From Candidatus Woesearchaeota archaeon (GTDB lineage Archaea; Nanobdellota; Nanobdellia; Woesearchaeales; UBA10216), in the NCBI GenBank assembly GCA_016185705.1, contig JACPMZ010000005.1, positions 128-64,127 of the forward strand: DNA of 64,000 nt, given 5' to 3'. Under the pieces are notes generated by a model. The model was not told the DNA's origin and ran no database searches. It worked only from the letters and a program-made list of their open reading frames with translations. Both the position numbers and the translations under genes were made by a program. Positions 37,482 to 47,793 of the stretch are shown here, piece by piece. Numbering within the stretch: position 1 is the stretch's first letter; each line of letters begins with the position of its first letter.

Positions 37482-37485
37482 AAAT

Positions 37486-38049
37486 TTATTTTTGCAATTT
37501 GCTGTAATTCAACCGGCTCGTGTTTTGTAGCTCGCCTTTTTCAGCAGCTATTTTGTTATTCAGCTCTTCCGCAAGCTTCCTGTCAGGAATGTGCTTTGCT
37601 ATATTCGGCACTTCATGCATGAAATCCGGCGGTTTATCCTTCCAGTTCTTCTCAATTTCCCTGAACATCTGGTTTTTGATGGGTGCGGCAACGCTGTTCT
37701 GGTTTTCAATAAGGCAAAGCTTTTCGTAAAACCAAAAGTACCATTTCCTGTCTGGCGTGCTCTGCAGCATAGCCTCTTCGTATATGGCGTCGTAATTGAG
37801 GGGCTCTTGCATCAGCCTGTCGCAGTCGTCAATGTCGCCCACCCTTGGAGTCATTGCCTTTAAAAGAAAGATGTCTTCGTTTGCGGCAAGAAACACCTGA
37901 AGATTTCCTGCTTTCCTGTAAGGGTTTGCGCGTTTCTCCATGCTTTCGGTAAAACGCAGCATTTTGCCAACTTCTTTCAGGAAAATGTCAATTCTTGATT
38001 CTTCTCTTTCATACACCGCCAAAGCGGTAAGATAGAGCTCATCCTTCAT
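37486..38049 (-). CDS. hypothetical protein (187 aa), weak resemblance to the C-terminal part of AbiEii/DUF6036-type nucleotidyltransferases
   Basis: ...FLLKAMTPRVGDIDDCDRLM... resembles the K..A..R..D..D motif. There is no N-terminal NTase motif, so the call is weak. Confidence 0.4.
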   Translation of the reverse strand: MKDELYLTALAVYEREESRIDIFLKEVGKMLRFTESMEKRANPYRKAGNLQVFLAANEDIFLLKAMTPRVGDIDDCDRLMQEPLNYDAIYEEAMLQSTPDRKWYFWFYEKLCLIENQNSVAAPIKNQMFREIEKNWKDKPPDFMHEVPNIAKHIPDRKLAEELNNKIAAEKGELQNTSRLNYSKLQK

Positions 38050-38130
38050 GTCTGTGCCTCTTTTGGACCCTGAGCGCTTGGCAAGGGAAGAAAGCCCAGT
38101 TACTTAACCACCTTCCCGACTATGCAGGTT

Positions 38131-39390
38131 TTAGATGCTTTTTCTGAGCAGGAATTTAAAGGCAGGCACCACGTATATGTTTTTGCCTGTTATTCTGTGC
38201 CTTTTTTCCTTATCAGGCGACACTATGTAGCCGTCGTTAACCTTGAATTTGTTCATGAAGGCAAGCAGCCCGCTAAAGCTTGTTTTGCCGTGCTTAATCT
38301 CAATTGGCGTCAATTTTTTGTCTGCAACCACTATGTCAACCTCATTTTTATAAGGGTCTCTCCAGAAGAATTCCGCTTTTAGCTGGTTGACAATCAGCCA
38401 TTTGAACACTTTTGATTTTGAAAAGTCGTCATCCCTGAATAGAAGGTCTGCTGAAATCAGGGCGGGGTAATACTTTTTTAGTTTTCTTTCCACTTTTCTC
38501 CTGCTTCTTGAAAAGTTATACAGCTTTCTTATTAGGAAGGAGTCCTCCAGGTATGCCAGGTAATTTGAGATGGTTTGCCTTGAAACTTTCAGCTCTTTTG
38601 CCAGATCTGACAGCTCTATGAGCTGTCCGGGCTCTTCTGTTATGAGCGCAAGCAGGGATTCCAGTACGGATGCGTCCTTAATCCTGAACAGCCCGGGCAT
38701 GTCCCTGTAAATGACTTTTTCCAGTATGCTTTCTTTCACGTATTTTTTTATTATGTCTTTTTCCATCACGCCTACAAGTTCCGGGAAGCCGAGCGTGAAA
38801 ACGAACTCGTTAAACAATCTTGACAGTTCCCTTTCATAAATTCCTTCAGGCTTAAGAACTGCCCCTTTGAACAGCAGAAATTCTCTGAACGTCAGAGGCT
38901 CCAGCGTGAATTCAAAAAGCCTTCCGGCAAGCGTTTCTTTTGATTTCCTTTTTATGAACAGGGATTCTGAGCCTGAAACCACTATCTTAACCTTTTTCCC
39001 GAGCGCGTCGTAAATTCCCTTTAACTGGCTTTCCCAGCCTTCCAGCTTTTGCACTTCGTCAAGCAGGAGAAGGTGCCTGCCTTTTCCAAAATCAGTTTCC
39101 ATCAGGCGTTCATACTCTCTTATCACCTGCCTTATTTCAGCTTCTTTGAACTCATCAAATGAGAAATAGATTACGTCCCTTGGGTTCATGCCTTTCCTGA
39201 TTGAGTCTTCCGCGACTTTCAGCATCAGGGTAGTCTTTCCCACGCGCCTCATCCCCGTAACTGCTATTATTTGCGGCAGCGGCATGAATTTCAGGATTTG
39301 GCTGTACAGCTCCCTCTCCTTGAACGCAACACTGAACTCCCCTTTCCACCAGGAGTTCAGCTCAACCAAAACCTCTTTAATAGTTGCCAT
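38131..39390 (-). CDS. AAA-family ATPase with a DUF4143-type C-terminus (COG1373)
   Basis: Walker A GMRRVGKTTLM, Walker B LLLLDEVQ, and a C-terminal ...NEVDIVV...PIEIKHGK nuclease-like tail typical of this family. Confidence 0.85.
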   Translation of the reverse strand: MATIKEVLVELNSWWKGEFSVAFKERELYSQILKFMPLPQIIAVTGMRRVGKTTLMLKVAEDSIRKGMNPRDVIYFSFDEFKEAEIRQVIREYERLMETDFGKGRHLLLLDEVQKLEGWESQLKGIYDALGKKVKIVVSGSESLFIKRKSKETLAGRLFEFTLEPLTFREFLLFKGAVLKPEGIYERELSRLFNEFVFTLGFPELVGVMEKDIIKKYVKESILEKVIYRDMPGLFRIKDASVLESLLALITEEPGQLIELSDLAKELKVSRQTISNYLAYLEDSFLIRKLYNFSRSRRKVERKLKKYYPALISADLLFRDDDFSKSKVFKWLIVNQLKAEFFWRDPYKNEVDIVVADKKLTPIEIKHGKTSFSGLLAFMNKFKVNDGYIVSPDKEKRHRITGKNIYVVPAFKFLLRKSI

Positions 39391-39493
39391 TTTTACTTAA
39401 CCTAAAATCGATTTTATGTTAGTCGTAATTAACTTGAAGTATATAAACCTTTCGCAAACCTGCCCTGCCGACAGCAGCGCGCATGCCGGGAAT

Positions 39494-39523
39494 GGGTAGA
39501 TTGCGCATCAGAGTTTCTGACAT
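39494..39523. repeat. inverted 30-nt copy (29/30) of 6808-6837
   Basis: GGGTAGATTGCGCATCAGAGTTTCTGACAT is the reverse complement of ATGTCAGAAACGCTGATGCGCAATCTACCC, with one mismatch. Confidence 0.9.
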
Positions 39524-39644
39524 ATCAACAATATGCCCATTTAAAAAACAGCCCATAACCTATATAAACTATATAATTTTTAACAACGCCATAGTAACAA
39601 CAAAACCCAAACATTTATAAATTCTGAAAACATATAAATTCACT

Positions 39645-41870
39645 ATGGTAATTAGTGGAATCCGGGGATTGCTAAATAGCACAGTCCAAGGACTGGAAAA
39701 AGCGCGGCTGTATACAGGACTGGCAGCAGCTGCAGCAATAACAGCCATAGCAGCATGCACGCCAGCAGGCGCTGCACAAATAACCACTCCGCCAGAAAAC
39801 ATTCCCAACGTTCCCATAATACAGCAGCCAACCACATCAACAACAAGAACAATAGACGAAATATTCGGCCAGCCAACAAATACCCCAACAACAACACCAA
39901 CCCCCTACAACCCACAAGAAGTTGAACCGACACCTGCATACACCCCAGAACCTACAAATACGCCATCACCTACACCAGTTCCGCCAACTCCTACATGGAC
40001 ACCTACACGCACACCTACAAATACTCCTTCGCCAACAGCAACAGCCACTCCTGCCAACACTCCTGCGTACACAGGCACGCCTGCAACCACACTTTTACTA
40101 ACTCCGACGATAGAACCGCCAACAGCAACACCCTACAAAAGCCCAACACCAACCGCAACAGCTAATACAACAACTACGATTTTAATAAATCCAACGATAG
40201 AAGCACCAACAACGATACCGCCAACAGCAACCGCTACGGCAACAAGCACGCCTGAGCCGACGCTGGAGGCGAAAATAAACGAACTGTTCGGGCCTGCCAT
40301 GAGGGATGTAGATTTTAAAAACTATCTAAGCCAGCTTTCAGATTACAAGCAGCTAAGAACACATGTGCCCGGCGAAGTGCCAGACACACTTACAGAGCTT
40401 GCAAAACGGGCAGAAGCAGACCTTGATCTTTCCAGAAAAGCGGTGGTGGCCAGTGCTGTACTTGGATACGACTCCAAGGTTGCAATTGACTTATTTGACA
40501 TGATTCAGGAATACAGAAAAGACAACGATGGAAAAGACGGGCCGGTAGGGGAAGTGCCTGTGCAGGCGCTGATTCACATGGCCAAGTATATTACAACTCC
40601 GGGACAAATTGAATTGCGAGACGGCACGCTTGTTGATAGGGTGGAGCATATTAAATCAAGCAAAAATGCTCGCATAACGCTGAACGCAGGCGCGCATATA
40701 AAAGCATGGTATCTGACTCCTGAGGAACTTTTGTATGCATGGGTACTTAATGTAGCTCCGGATCCACAATATAGCCTAAAACCTTTTGTCTTAGACGATA
40801 AAGTAACTTTCGCAAGCACGGAAGCTGGACTTGGCAGTGCTCAACATAAGGATCTTAATGATGAACGATTAAAATACTTGTATGAAGTTGCGGTAATACC
40901 TAACAAAAACAATACTTTATCGAAAGCTGAAAAACTTGCTGAGGGCAAGTTATCCGATTTAAAATACTACACATACACGGTAAAACCCGGCTCAATAAAT
41001 TGGTTAGCTGTTGCGAGGGAAGAAATAGATCGGTTAATGTTAAAAGAAGATATTATAAAAGAACTAGATAATGAGTCAAGAGCGTATGTTGAAAATACTG
41101 GGGATTTGCATTTAGCGGTTATAAGGGAAATTTCAAGAAAAGATTCTTTATATGAATCGTCGAAGTCAATGGATAGCGGAGCTCTGCGTGGATTGGGTCG
41201 CACGGATGCGAGATACAACCAGCTAATATTCCCGTTGGTAGAGGACGAAGATATGGTGTTTGTAATGACTATGGATAGGTTAGGGATAGATCTGTATTCA
41301 GACAAATCACGATATAATGGAGATTTTAGTTTAAAATTAGAATCTGCACTATTAATTCATGTGCGGCCCGAGGCGGCACATCCCCAGGGCAATGTTTACG
41401 GTGTATACACATATAAAACAGCGGATGCTGGCAAAACGCAAGGGCACGGTGAGCCATATCTCGATATCCCGTATCCCGTCCCCTGGCATGAATTATCTGT
41501 TATAGAAAACCCGAATCGTCAAATTTTGGAAGTTGAAAATGCCCAAAAAGATCCTAGATATCTAGCATCTACTCCGAGACAAACATTCGCAATATTCTAT
41601 GCATTTGATGCTACCAGATTCGGAATAGGTCAAAACCCTCACATAAAAATATTTGATAACAGAATCTACATACCCGATCAACTTTTGGAACAGTATGGCA
41701 TTGATCCTGCAGAAGTAAAAGCAAAGCTTGGTTCGCGCATATTAGAAAACAAAATTGAAAAACCAGCGTTCACATTCTCCCAAACAGCCCAAACCAAACT
41801 GGACGCAGCGAGAGCAAGAGTAGCAAGCTTTGACCCTGCATATCAACGAGAAAAAAGATATTCTGCCTAG
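39645..41870 (+). CDS. secreted (lipobox-like AIAAC) protein with a long Pro/Thr linker and an AT-rich C-terminal domain
   Basis: Hydrophobic N-terminus, about 150 aa of TP/PT repeats, then globular regions. TATA CATTTATAAATT at 39612-39623. Confidence 0.7.
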   Translation: MVISGIRGLLNSTVQGLEKARLYTGLAAAAAITAIAACTPAGAAQITTPPENIPNVPIIQQPTTSTTRTIDEIFGQPTNTPTTTPTPYNPQEVEPTPAYTPEPTNTPSPTPVPPTPTWTPTRTPTNTPSPTATATPANTPAYTGTPATTLLLTPTIEPPTATPYKSPTPTATANTTTTILINPTIEAPTTIPPTATATATSTPEPTLEAKINELFGPAMRDVDFKNYLSQLSDYKQLRTHVPGEVPDTLTELAKRAEADLDLSRKAVVASAVLGYDSKVAIDLFDMIQEYRKDNDGKDGPVGEVPVQALIHMAKYITTPGQIELRDGTLVDRVEHIKSSKNARITLNAGAHIKAWYLTPEELLYAWVLNVAPDPQYSLKPFVLDDKVTFASTEAGLGSAQHKDLNDERLKYLYEVAVIPNKNNTLSKAEKLAEGKLSDLKYYTYTVKPGSINWLAVAREEIDRLMLKEDIIKELDNESRAYVENTGDLHLAVIREISRKDSLYESSKSMDSGALRGLGRTDARYNQLIFPLVEDEDMVFVMTMDRLGIDLYSDKSRYNGDFSLKLESALLIHVRPEAAHPQGNVYGVYTYKTADAGKTQGHGEPYLDIPYPVPWHELSVIENPNRQILEVENAQKDPRYLASTPRQTFAIFYAFDATRFGIGQNPHIKIFDNRIYIPDQLLEQYGIDPAEVKAKLGSRILENKIEKPAFTFSQTAQTKLDAARARVASFDPAYQREKRYSA

Positions 41871-41920
41871 CAACGCTCAACAAGATAATATTTATATACT
41901 ATTACTGCCAAAAATCGTGC

Positions 41921-44704
41921 ATGCAGCATGTATCAGCCCTTTCCAAGCTTCTATTCATTAAGAGCTACAGGTCATCTACTGCAATAATTGTGCTGCTCCT
42001 TAGCATGCTGCTGTTTTTTATCTTAAGCTCCGGCACAGCTGATGCGTGTCATGAGAATTGTGATGAGCAAGATGCTGATTATCTTGTGTGCATTAACTGC
42101 GGATGCGCAGAAGGATGCACAGGCGACGATGCTGGCGGCACGTGGAGAAACCACGACTGCACCACTAAGACAGTTGATTATGCTGTGTGTCCGCCAGCAG
42201 TAGCTGCTCCGTGCCAGGACGTAACGTGGACTCCTTCCCCATCAAACGTTTGCGAAGGGACAGCATACCAACAAACAAGCAACTGCGGAAACACACAAAG
42301 CGCTACCGGAACAAAAACAACAGATGAGTGCTTTATCCCTTCTGGTGACACCTACCCGGCTGGATGCCTGAAGACACAGGCGGGATTGTTCACTGGAGTG
42401 TACCAAAACAGCGATGGCAGCACATTTACGGACTTGGATACATGCAGTTGTAAGAATGATAACCCGGACGGCACATCCTCACAGTGCTCAGCAGTGGACC
42501 CAGGCAAACCCTTCTGCAAATCCACTGTAGGGCCATGCGTTGAGTGCAGAAGCACTGAGGACTGCGATTTGTGCAAGTGCGAGTCAGGAGCTGAGAACGG
42601 GGCATCATGCTGGCCTTTAGTTCAATGCAATTCACAGAACCAATGCATCAGAACTGGCACGAAAGTAACAGGCCAGTGCAGCGCAGACGCTGCCACTTGC
42701 AATCATGCGTGCAATACTTATCCCAGTGTTCTGACTATACAAAAACCTGAATGCAGGTATCCTCCAAGCGTTTCTCAAACAGATTATGGCGAAAGAACCA
42801 TGTATTGCCAGTTCCGGTCAGAGTACAGTCCGAAGTGCGGTTATTATCAGCGGGGAATTTTTACACAAACGGAAGTGTGTTCGGATTCGCTGACGTGTGA
42901 TGCTGCTAGTGGTTGCCGTCCAAATTGCGAAATAGGAACAACAGTTGGGTGTCTCTATGGCAATTATTGCGTTGATGGTGAGACCTGCACCCAATGCTCC
43001 ACATCAGAAAGCTCTTACTGTGATGGCAATCTGAAAGTGACTGAACGCACTTACGTTTCTCCATGCTCTGGCTCTTATGAAGCATCAAGAGTAAACTGCC
43101 CCTACGGCTGCTCTGGTGGAAACTGCAATCCTCCGCCTTGTGCTGGGGCTGGGGCATCGTGCCCTGGTGGAACAAGCGACTGCTGTGCTGGTGCTTATTG
43201 TGATGCTGATTATACACGTTGCGTAATTTGCGGCTCCAACAACATTCAGACGCAGCCTACGTCCGATTATGGCGGCGGGAAGTGCGAGGCAGACGGCGGC
43301 TCAGGGACTGCGTGCTTTGCGAATGCGTTGTGCGATGAGCAGAGCCCTTCCAGTGCGCTTGCTCAGGGCTTTTGCGATGCGCAGTGCAAGTACATTGATT
43401 ATGATATTAGTGAGCCCGCTTGCGAGGCAGGCAGCTATAACTGGTTTAAAGGCGGAGAGTCTGCAGGGTTTGGCAGCTACACCCCTTTTGGGAGCGAGGA
43501 TTCGTGCTGCGGGGATGATGCAGGGGAGTATGCTAAGGAATTTGTTTCAGAAGAAGCAACTCTTTATACTGCCTGCTGCAATGCTGCAACTGACTGCGGT
43601 GATACTGACGGCAGCTGCGTGGCAGACAGCGTTGCCAGCGCTGATAAGGAACGTGTTTGCTTTGATGGAGCATGGTTTAGCATTCACGGCTCTGATGCTG
43701 CCTGCGCTGTGGTTGGAGGTGTAAGAGGGTTGGTTGGCGAGCCGTCTGGCTCTTCTATCAGTCAGCTTAAGAATGACGGCAGCGTAGGCAAGCTGGTGAA
43801 GGATACGTTGCGGTGCGCTAACAGGCCGGGAGAGACTGAGTTCTTTTTGAGAACGAGGCAGTGTGCGGCAGCATCAGGATGCACTTCTGACCTGACTGAC
43901 AAAGCTGTGTGCGATAAGCCGGATGACTGCGTTTACAGCAGAGTTTGCTATTCTGATTTGGATGCGGTTGTGAATAATGATTTTGTTGGTTTGTTTACAA
44001 GGGCTGCGGTGTGGGTGGGCTCTACTGCTGTGTCCGGGCAGCCTGCTGAGGACTGGATGACTGAAGTTTCGCACGACGTTACAGGAGACGGCATACCCAA
44101 CTACTGCGACCCTGGCGAGTGGCAGGGAAACGCGGTGGGAACCCTGACAGGCAATGTCGGGAATGCAACAGGCAGCAGCGTTGAGGGCGCTGTTGTCAGG
44201 CTGCTTGGAACTTCTTACGCTGCTACTGCTGACACCAGCGGCAACTACATTATTACAAACATCGCGGAGGGCACTTATGATATTGTAGCCAACAAGCCAG
44301 GGCAGCCTTATGAGGATTCATCAGAAATCGGATTTGCCATTGACGGTTTCGGAACCTACGAGCAGGACTTCACCTTAGTGCATCCTTTGCTTGACTGCTT
44401 TGATGACTGCACGAAAGCAGACGGGCTGTGCAGGGCAGAGTGCCACGGCAAGGGGCTTTGCGCGTTCAGCAGCGCAACTACAGCTGCTGCCTGCGACTAC
44501 GCAACTCCAGGACTGGTTGATTATGACAACGCAGGCATACCAAGCCAAATACTCTGCTGCACAGGCAACGTATTTGCCCCTGTTAAAGCAAGCGTGGACG
44601 TGTGCGGAGAAAACGTGATAAGCTTACGCCGACCAGTACTGTTCAAAGGCAAGCTGGTAACGATGGTGGTTACGGTGTTTGATGCGGGGAAGTGCCAGAA
44701 TTAA
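41921..44704 (+). CDS. very Cys-rich secreted protein with a carboxypeptidase-regulatory-like domain
   Basis: TM/signal region, dozens of Cys residues, and GAVVRLLGTSYAATADTSGNYIITNIAEGTYDIVANKPG. TATA at 41887-41898. Confidence 0.75.
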   Translation: MQHVSALSKLLFIKSYRSSTAIIVLLLSMLLFFILSSGTADACHENCDEQDADYLVCINCGCAEGCTGDDAGGTWRNHDCTTKTVDYAVCPPAVAAPCQDVTWTPSPSNVCEGTAYQQTSNCGNTQSATGTKTTDECFIPSGDTYPAGCLKTQAGLFTGVYQNSDGSTFTDLDTCSCKNDNPDGTSSQCSAVDPGKPFCKSTVGPCVECRSTEDCDLCKCESGAENGASCWPLVQCNSQNQCIRTGTKVTGQCSADAATCNHACNTYPSVLTIQKPECRYPPSVSQTDYGERTMYCQFRSEYSPKCGYYQRGIFTQTEVCSDSLTCDAASGCRPNCEIGTTVGCLYGNYCVDGETCTQCSTSESSYCDGNLKVTERTYVSPCSGSYEASRVNCPYGCSGGNCNPPPCAGAGASCPGGTSDCCAGAYCDADYTRCVICGSNNIQTQPTSDYGGGKCEADGGSGTACFANALCDEQSPSSALAQGFCDAQCKYIDYDISEPACEAGSYNWFKGGESAGFGSYTPFGSEDSCCGDDAGEYAKEFVSEEATLYTACCNAATDCGDTDGSCVADSVASADKERVCFDGAWFSIHGSDAACAVVGGVRGLVGEPSGSSISQLKNDGSVGKLVKDTLRCANRPGETEFFLRTRQCAAASGCTSDLTDKAVCDKPDDCVYSRVCYSDLDAVVNNDFVGLFTRAAVWVGSTAVSGQPAEDWMTEVSHDVTGDGIPNYCDPGEWQGNAVGTLTGNVGNATGSSVEGAVVRLLGTSYAATADTSGNYIITNIAEGTYDIVANKPGQPYEDSSEIGFAIDGFGTYEQDFTLVHPLLDCFDDCTKADGLCRAECHGKGLCAFSSATTAAACDYATPGLVDYDNAGIPSQILCCTGNVFAPVKASVDVCGENVISLRRPVLFKGKLVTMVVTVFDAGKCQN

Positions 44705-44705
44705 G

Positions 44706-44746
44706 CCTGTTTCTTTTTTTTCTCTTCTAAACTTTAAAGAAACAGT
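44706..44746 (+). terminator. T8 run with a short hairpin after the Cys-rich protein gene
   Basis: CTGTTTCT / AGAAACAG stem. TTTTTTTT at 44714-44721, immediately after the stop codon. Confidence 0.5.
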
Positions 44747-44955
44747 CAGGATAATTTTTTTGTATCCAGAATGGACGTTAAGTTCCAAAATCATAACAGC
44801 AAAAAGTATTTAAACATGGAATTCGGCCGTTTAATAAGGTAGTTGGGGGAGGAATTCGATGTGTAAATCCACTGCTTTAAAGAAAACGGATTTTAAAAAA
44901 TTCCCACGCATTGTTGATTGATGCGATAAAAATATGAATCTAAGTTACGATAATT

Positions 44956-45942
44956 ATGGCAACCAGCGGCGAGCTTGAAATTTTATATCGTTTTCGTAGG
45001 GGTTGGGAACCTGGAGATATAAAGAAAGCTGGCGGTCGGACCAACAAAAACTTTATTGTTTCCGGTCAGGAAATGGTATTTGTTCGGATCCCTCGGGACA
45101 ATGACATCGTAAATCGCCATATAGAAGGCATGAATATTTTGGCTCTTTCTAAAAATTATAAAGTATCTCATATCATACCGAGCTACCAAACTTACGTGCT
45201 GGGCGGAAGGAATATTCTGGATCCAGATAGTCCTGAATTTGATCTTCCTGATGGTGCAATGATAACCTCATATATTGAGGGGAGAGAACTTGATGGAGAT
45301 GTCTTGAGAGACAAAGGTGTACAAGATGCTTTGATTGAATCTTTGCATGCTTTCCACACCAGTGGTGTTAGGTTTGTAAATGAGTATGACGTTTTTCGCG
45401 ATGAAGTGGGCTATTATCGTAGCAAAGCAGAGAAACATGACCTCAAACAACTTTTTATGAAAGAAGAAGCTGAGCAGGCAAAAACAGCTGAAAGACGAGC
45501 TATGGCAAGGCTGCATGCCGGCGGAGAAATCCCGACCCACAATGATCTTATTGTGGAAAATCTGATACTTGGCAATGACGGGAAAGTGCGTATAATTGAT
45601 TTTGAATATGCTGGACGAAACATCAGATCAGGTTTGCCGTACGATATTGGCATTCTTCTTGGCGGCAACATGGCTAATGACAAACCAGTCACATTTGATA
45701 CCTTTGAAGGAATTTTGGATTCCGCAGGACGTGTCTATCGGGAACCCTTAGACCGTGAACAGGTTTTCTACGGAGCGCTTACAAATATGGTTGTAATGTT
45801 TTGGTGGGGGACAGTCCACTACTTTGGCGCAGATAGTCCTGACGAAAAGGCAGATTTCCGAAAATATGTGCTGGATAGAGCAAGGGGTATTGAGACACTG
45901 GATGCATATTTAAGACGCGGGAATTTGTTGTCTGAAAGATGA
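44956..45942 (+). CDS. APH/choline-ethanolamine kinase family phosphotransferase
   Basis: Brenner-type HNDLIVENLIL and IIDFEYAG motifs. TATA at 44925-44935. Confidence 0.75.
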   Translation: MATSGELEILYRFRRGWEPGDIKKAGGRTNKNFIVSGQEMVFVRIPRDNDIVNRHIEGMNILALSKNYKVSHIIPSYQTYVLGGRNILDPDSPEFDLPDGAMITSYIEGRELDGDVLRDKGVQDALIESLHAFHTSGVRFVNEYDVFRDEVGYYRSKAEKHDLKQLFMKEEAEQAKTAERRAMARLHAGGEIPTHNDLIVENLILGNDGKVRIIDFEYAGRNIRSGLPYDIGILLGGNMANDKPVTFDTFEGILDSAGRVYREPLDREQVFYGALTNMVVMFWWGTVHYFGADSPDEKADFRKYVLDRARGIETLDAYLRRGNLLSER

Positions 45943-45985
45943 AATAATGCCAACCCTTTTTTTAATACATTCGAAAACAAATTTC

Positions 45986-46639
45986 TCAAACATTTGAAAC
46001 ATCATCGCTGTATTTCGCTTTAATAGGCAAACCATACCTCTCCTTCACCATCTCCAAGGCCGGCTCAAAATTGTAGATGTATTTTTTCATGAAATCAACT
46101 GTTGACTGCAGGCTTTCAACCGGAATGCCCTCGCAGCGTTCAAACGCAAATTCAGGCAAATAAGCTGCTTTATAGAAAACTCCGCTTTTGCCATTAATCT
46201 TCAAACCCAACTTTCTGCAATATTCTTCAAACAAGATTCTGTCGCTGCTTTTTACCTTAATGAAAATCGGATAAAACTTTTTGTTACGGCCAATATTATA
46301 GCCGCCTTTTGTCCAGACGTAAACAGCATCAGTAGCTGTAAAGCAGTACGCAATCCCAAACAACGGCAACGCAGAATAATGAAAGCTGACATCGTTCCTG
46401 AAGGACTCCCTTATGTACTCCAAAGTATTTGCGTAAAATGCATTGCGCTCGTTCAAGAAGGCATGCATGCGCGTCAACCTGAACACGCCTGATTTGGACA
46501 ATTCGTGAACCCACTTGTAAGTCCAGCCGTAACTCAAACTGATTCGCTTAGAGATTGAGCTGATCGAGTCCTTCTTCCTGGCGCTTATCATAATTTTCAA
46601 GACATGCGGGTTAATTGTCTGCAAGTTCATAGTTATCAT
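45986..46639 (-). CDS. hypothetical protein with an N-terminal wHTH-like region (217 aa)
   Basis: ISSISKRISLSYGWTYKWVHELSKSGV looks like a helix-turn-helix. No family recognised. Confidence 0.5.
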   Translation of the reverse strand: MITMNLQTINPHVLKIMISARKKDSISSISKRISLSYGWTYKWVHELSKSGVFRLTRMHAFLNERNAFYANTLEYIRESFRNDVSFHYSALPLFGIAYCFTATDAVYVWTKGGYNIGRNKKFYPIFIKVKSSDRILFEEYCRKLGLKINGKSGVFYKAAYLPEFAFERCEGIPVESLQSTVDFMKKYIYNFEPALEMVKERYGLPIKAKYSDDVSNV

Positions 46640-46707
46640 TATAGTGATAAGTTATATATAAATGTTGCAGTTTTTACAGGATTTTGGGAATGCCAGAACT
46701 GAGCTTA

Positions 46708-46799
46708 ATTATGCTCCTTATTTCCTTAAAACTGCCCGAAATGTCCCAAGTATCAGTCCCAAACCTTTCTTGATTATGCTCCTTATTTCCTTAAAACTG
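46708..46799. repeat. two perfect 27-bp direct repeats (46708-46734, 46773-46799)
   Basis: ATTATGCTCCTTATTTCCTTAAAACTG occurs twice, 65 bp apart, upstream of the wHTH gene. Confidence 0.9.
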
Positions 46800-47000
46800 G
46801 TAGCTGTAAAATTCGGATTTTCTTCTGCGCAGGAAGGCAGTTCATTGCAGAATTTTCCGTTTCTTAACCATACGGTCTTGTGTCTCGGAAGAGACGTCGG
46901 GGTTCAAATACTTTTCGATAATGTTAAGCAAACCTTTTAACTGAACACTCCGCCAAAACGCGTTGCTTCTGTTCCCTTTTCGCATCTCTTGTTATTTTGA

Positions 47001-47046
47001 GCTGCTTTTTCCCTCCCATTAAAATTTAAGGGAGGGAAAAAGCAGC
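47001..47046. repeat. CCCTCCC/GGGAGGG-core hairpin, 17-bp perfect stem, downstream of rps12
   Basis: GCTGCTTTTTCCCTCCC (47001-47017) pairs with GGGAGGGAAAAAGCAGC (47030-47046). Confidence 0.9.
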
Positions 47047-47143
47047 GGACACTCAGCGAAAAGGAGAATAGGGTGCGGTATTCACTTGGAAACTGGACTT
47101 AACATATTCTGAAATGCAGGGAAATAGCAGGATTAAATGCGCA

Positions 47144-47581
47144 TCATTTCCTTGCCTTCTCAAGCTTGCCTCGGCGCAGGGCATCCAGCGACTGGTCGTT
47201 GACCTGAATGACCTTCCACCTGACACCTGGAATATCGCCCTTGCTTCTGCCCATCCTGCCGCCAATGCACTCAATAAGAACCTCATCGTGCTCATCAATC
47301 AGCTTGGAAGCGCCATCGCCGGGGCAGAAAGCAGTAACCTGCCTGCCGTTCTTGACCAGCTGCACCTTAACGCAGCGCCTCATGGCAGAATTCGGCTGCT
47401 TCGCCTCAAACTGCGTTTTCTCCAAAACAATGCCGCGCGCCTGCCACCCGCCTTCCAGAGGATCAGATTTCTGCTTCAAATGCAGGGTCCGCGCAATATA
47501 AGTGCGCTGGCTCCAGCGATACTTCCTGTGCTTCTTAAGCAGGCTGTTCCCGGCATTTATGCCGTGAGCTTTCCTTGACAT
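47144..47581 (-). CDS. rps12: 30S ribosomal protein S12 (uS12)
   Basis: ...[30 protein letters not shown]...[18 protein letters not shown]... TATA TTAATAAAT at 47607-47615. Confidence 0.95.
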   Translation of the reverse strand: MSRKAHGINAGNSLLKKHRKYRWSQRTYIARTLHLKQKSDPLEGGWQARGIVLEKTQFEAKQPNSAMRRCVKVQLVKNGRQVTAFCPGDGASKLIDEHDEVLIECIGGRMGRSKGDIPGVRWKVIQVNDQSLDALRRGKLEKARK

Positions 47582-47793
47582 AGTACGAAAAAGGTCCTAA
47601 GGGTTGTTAATAAATGTTGCTGTTTTGTTATGTAAAGTTTCCAAGGGGCTTGAATATTAAATCGGGGATTGCTTAATAGCAGTAACTGAAGCATTTGGCA
47701 TTAGCAGATTCTCAGCAGTAGCAGTTGTTGCTGCAGCGAGAAAACCAAGATACTTACGGAGATACTGTTAATCGTGCTGCATTGTTGTGCGCA

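Noticed and set aside
39663-39681. 19-mer CGGGGATTGCTAAATAGCA matching 47663-47681 at 18/19, which could hint at a paralogous signal-peptide remnant near rps12.
   Set aside because: By my rough estimate about one such 18/19 match is expected by chance among all position pairs in 64 kb on both strands. The flanking similarity is weak.
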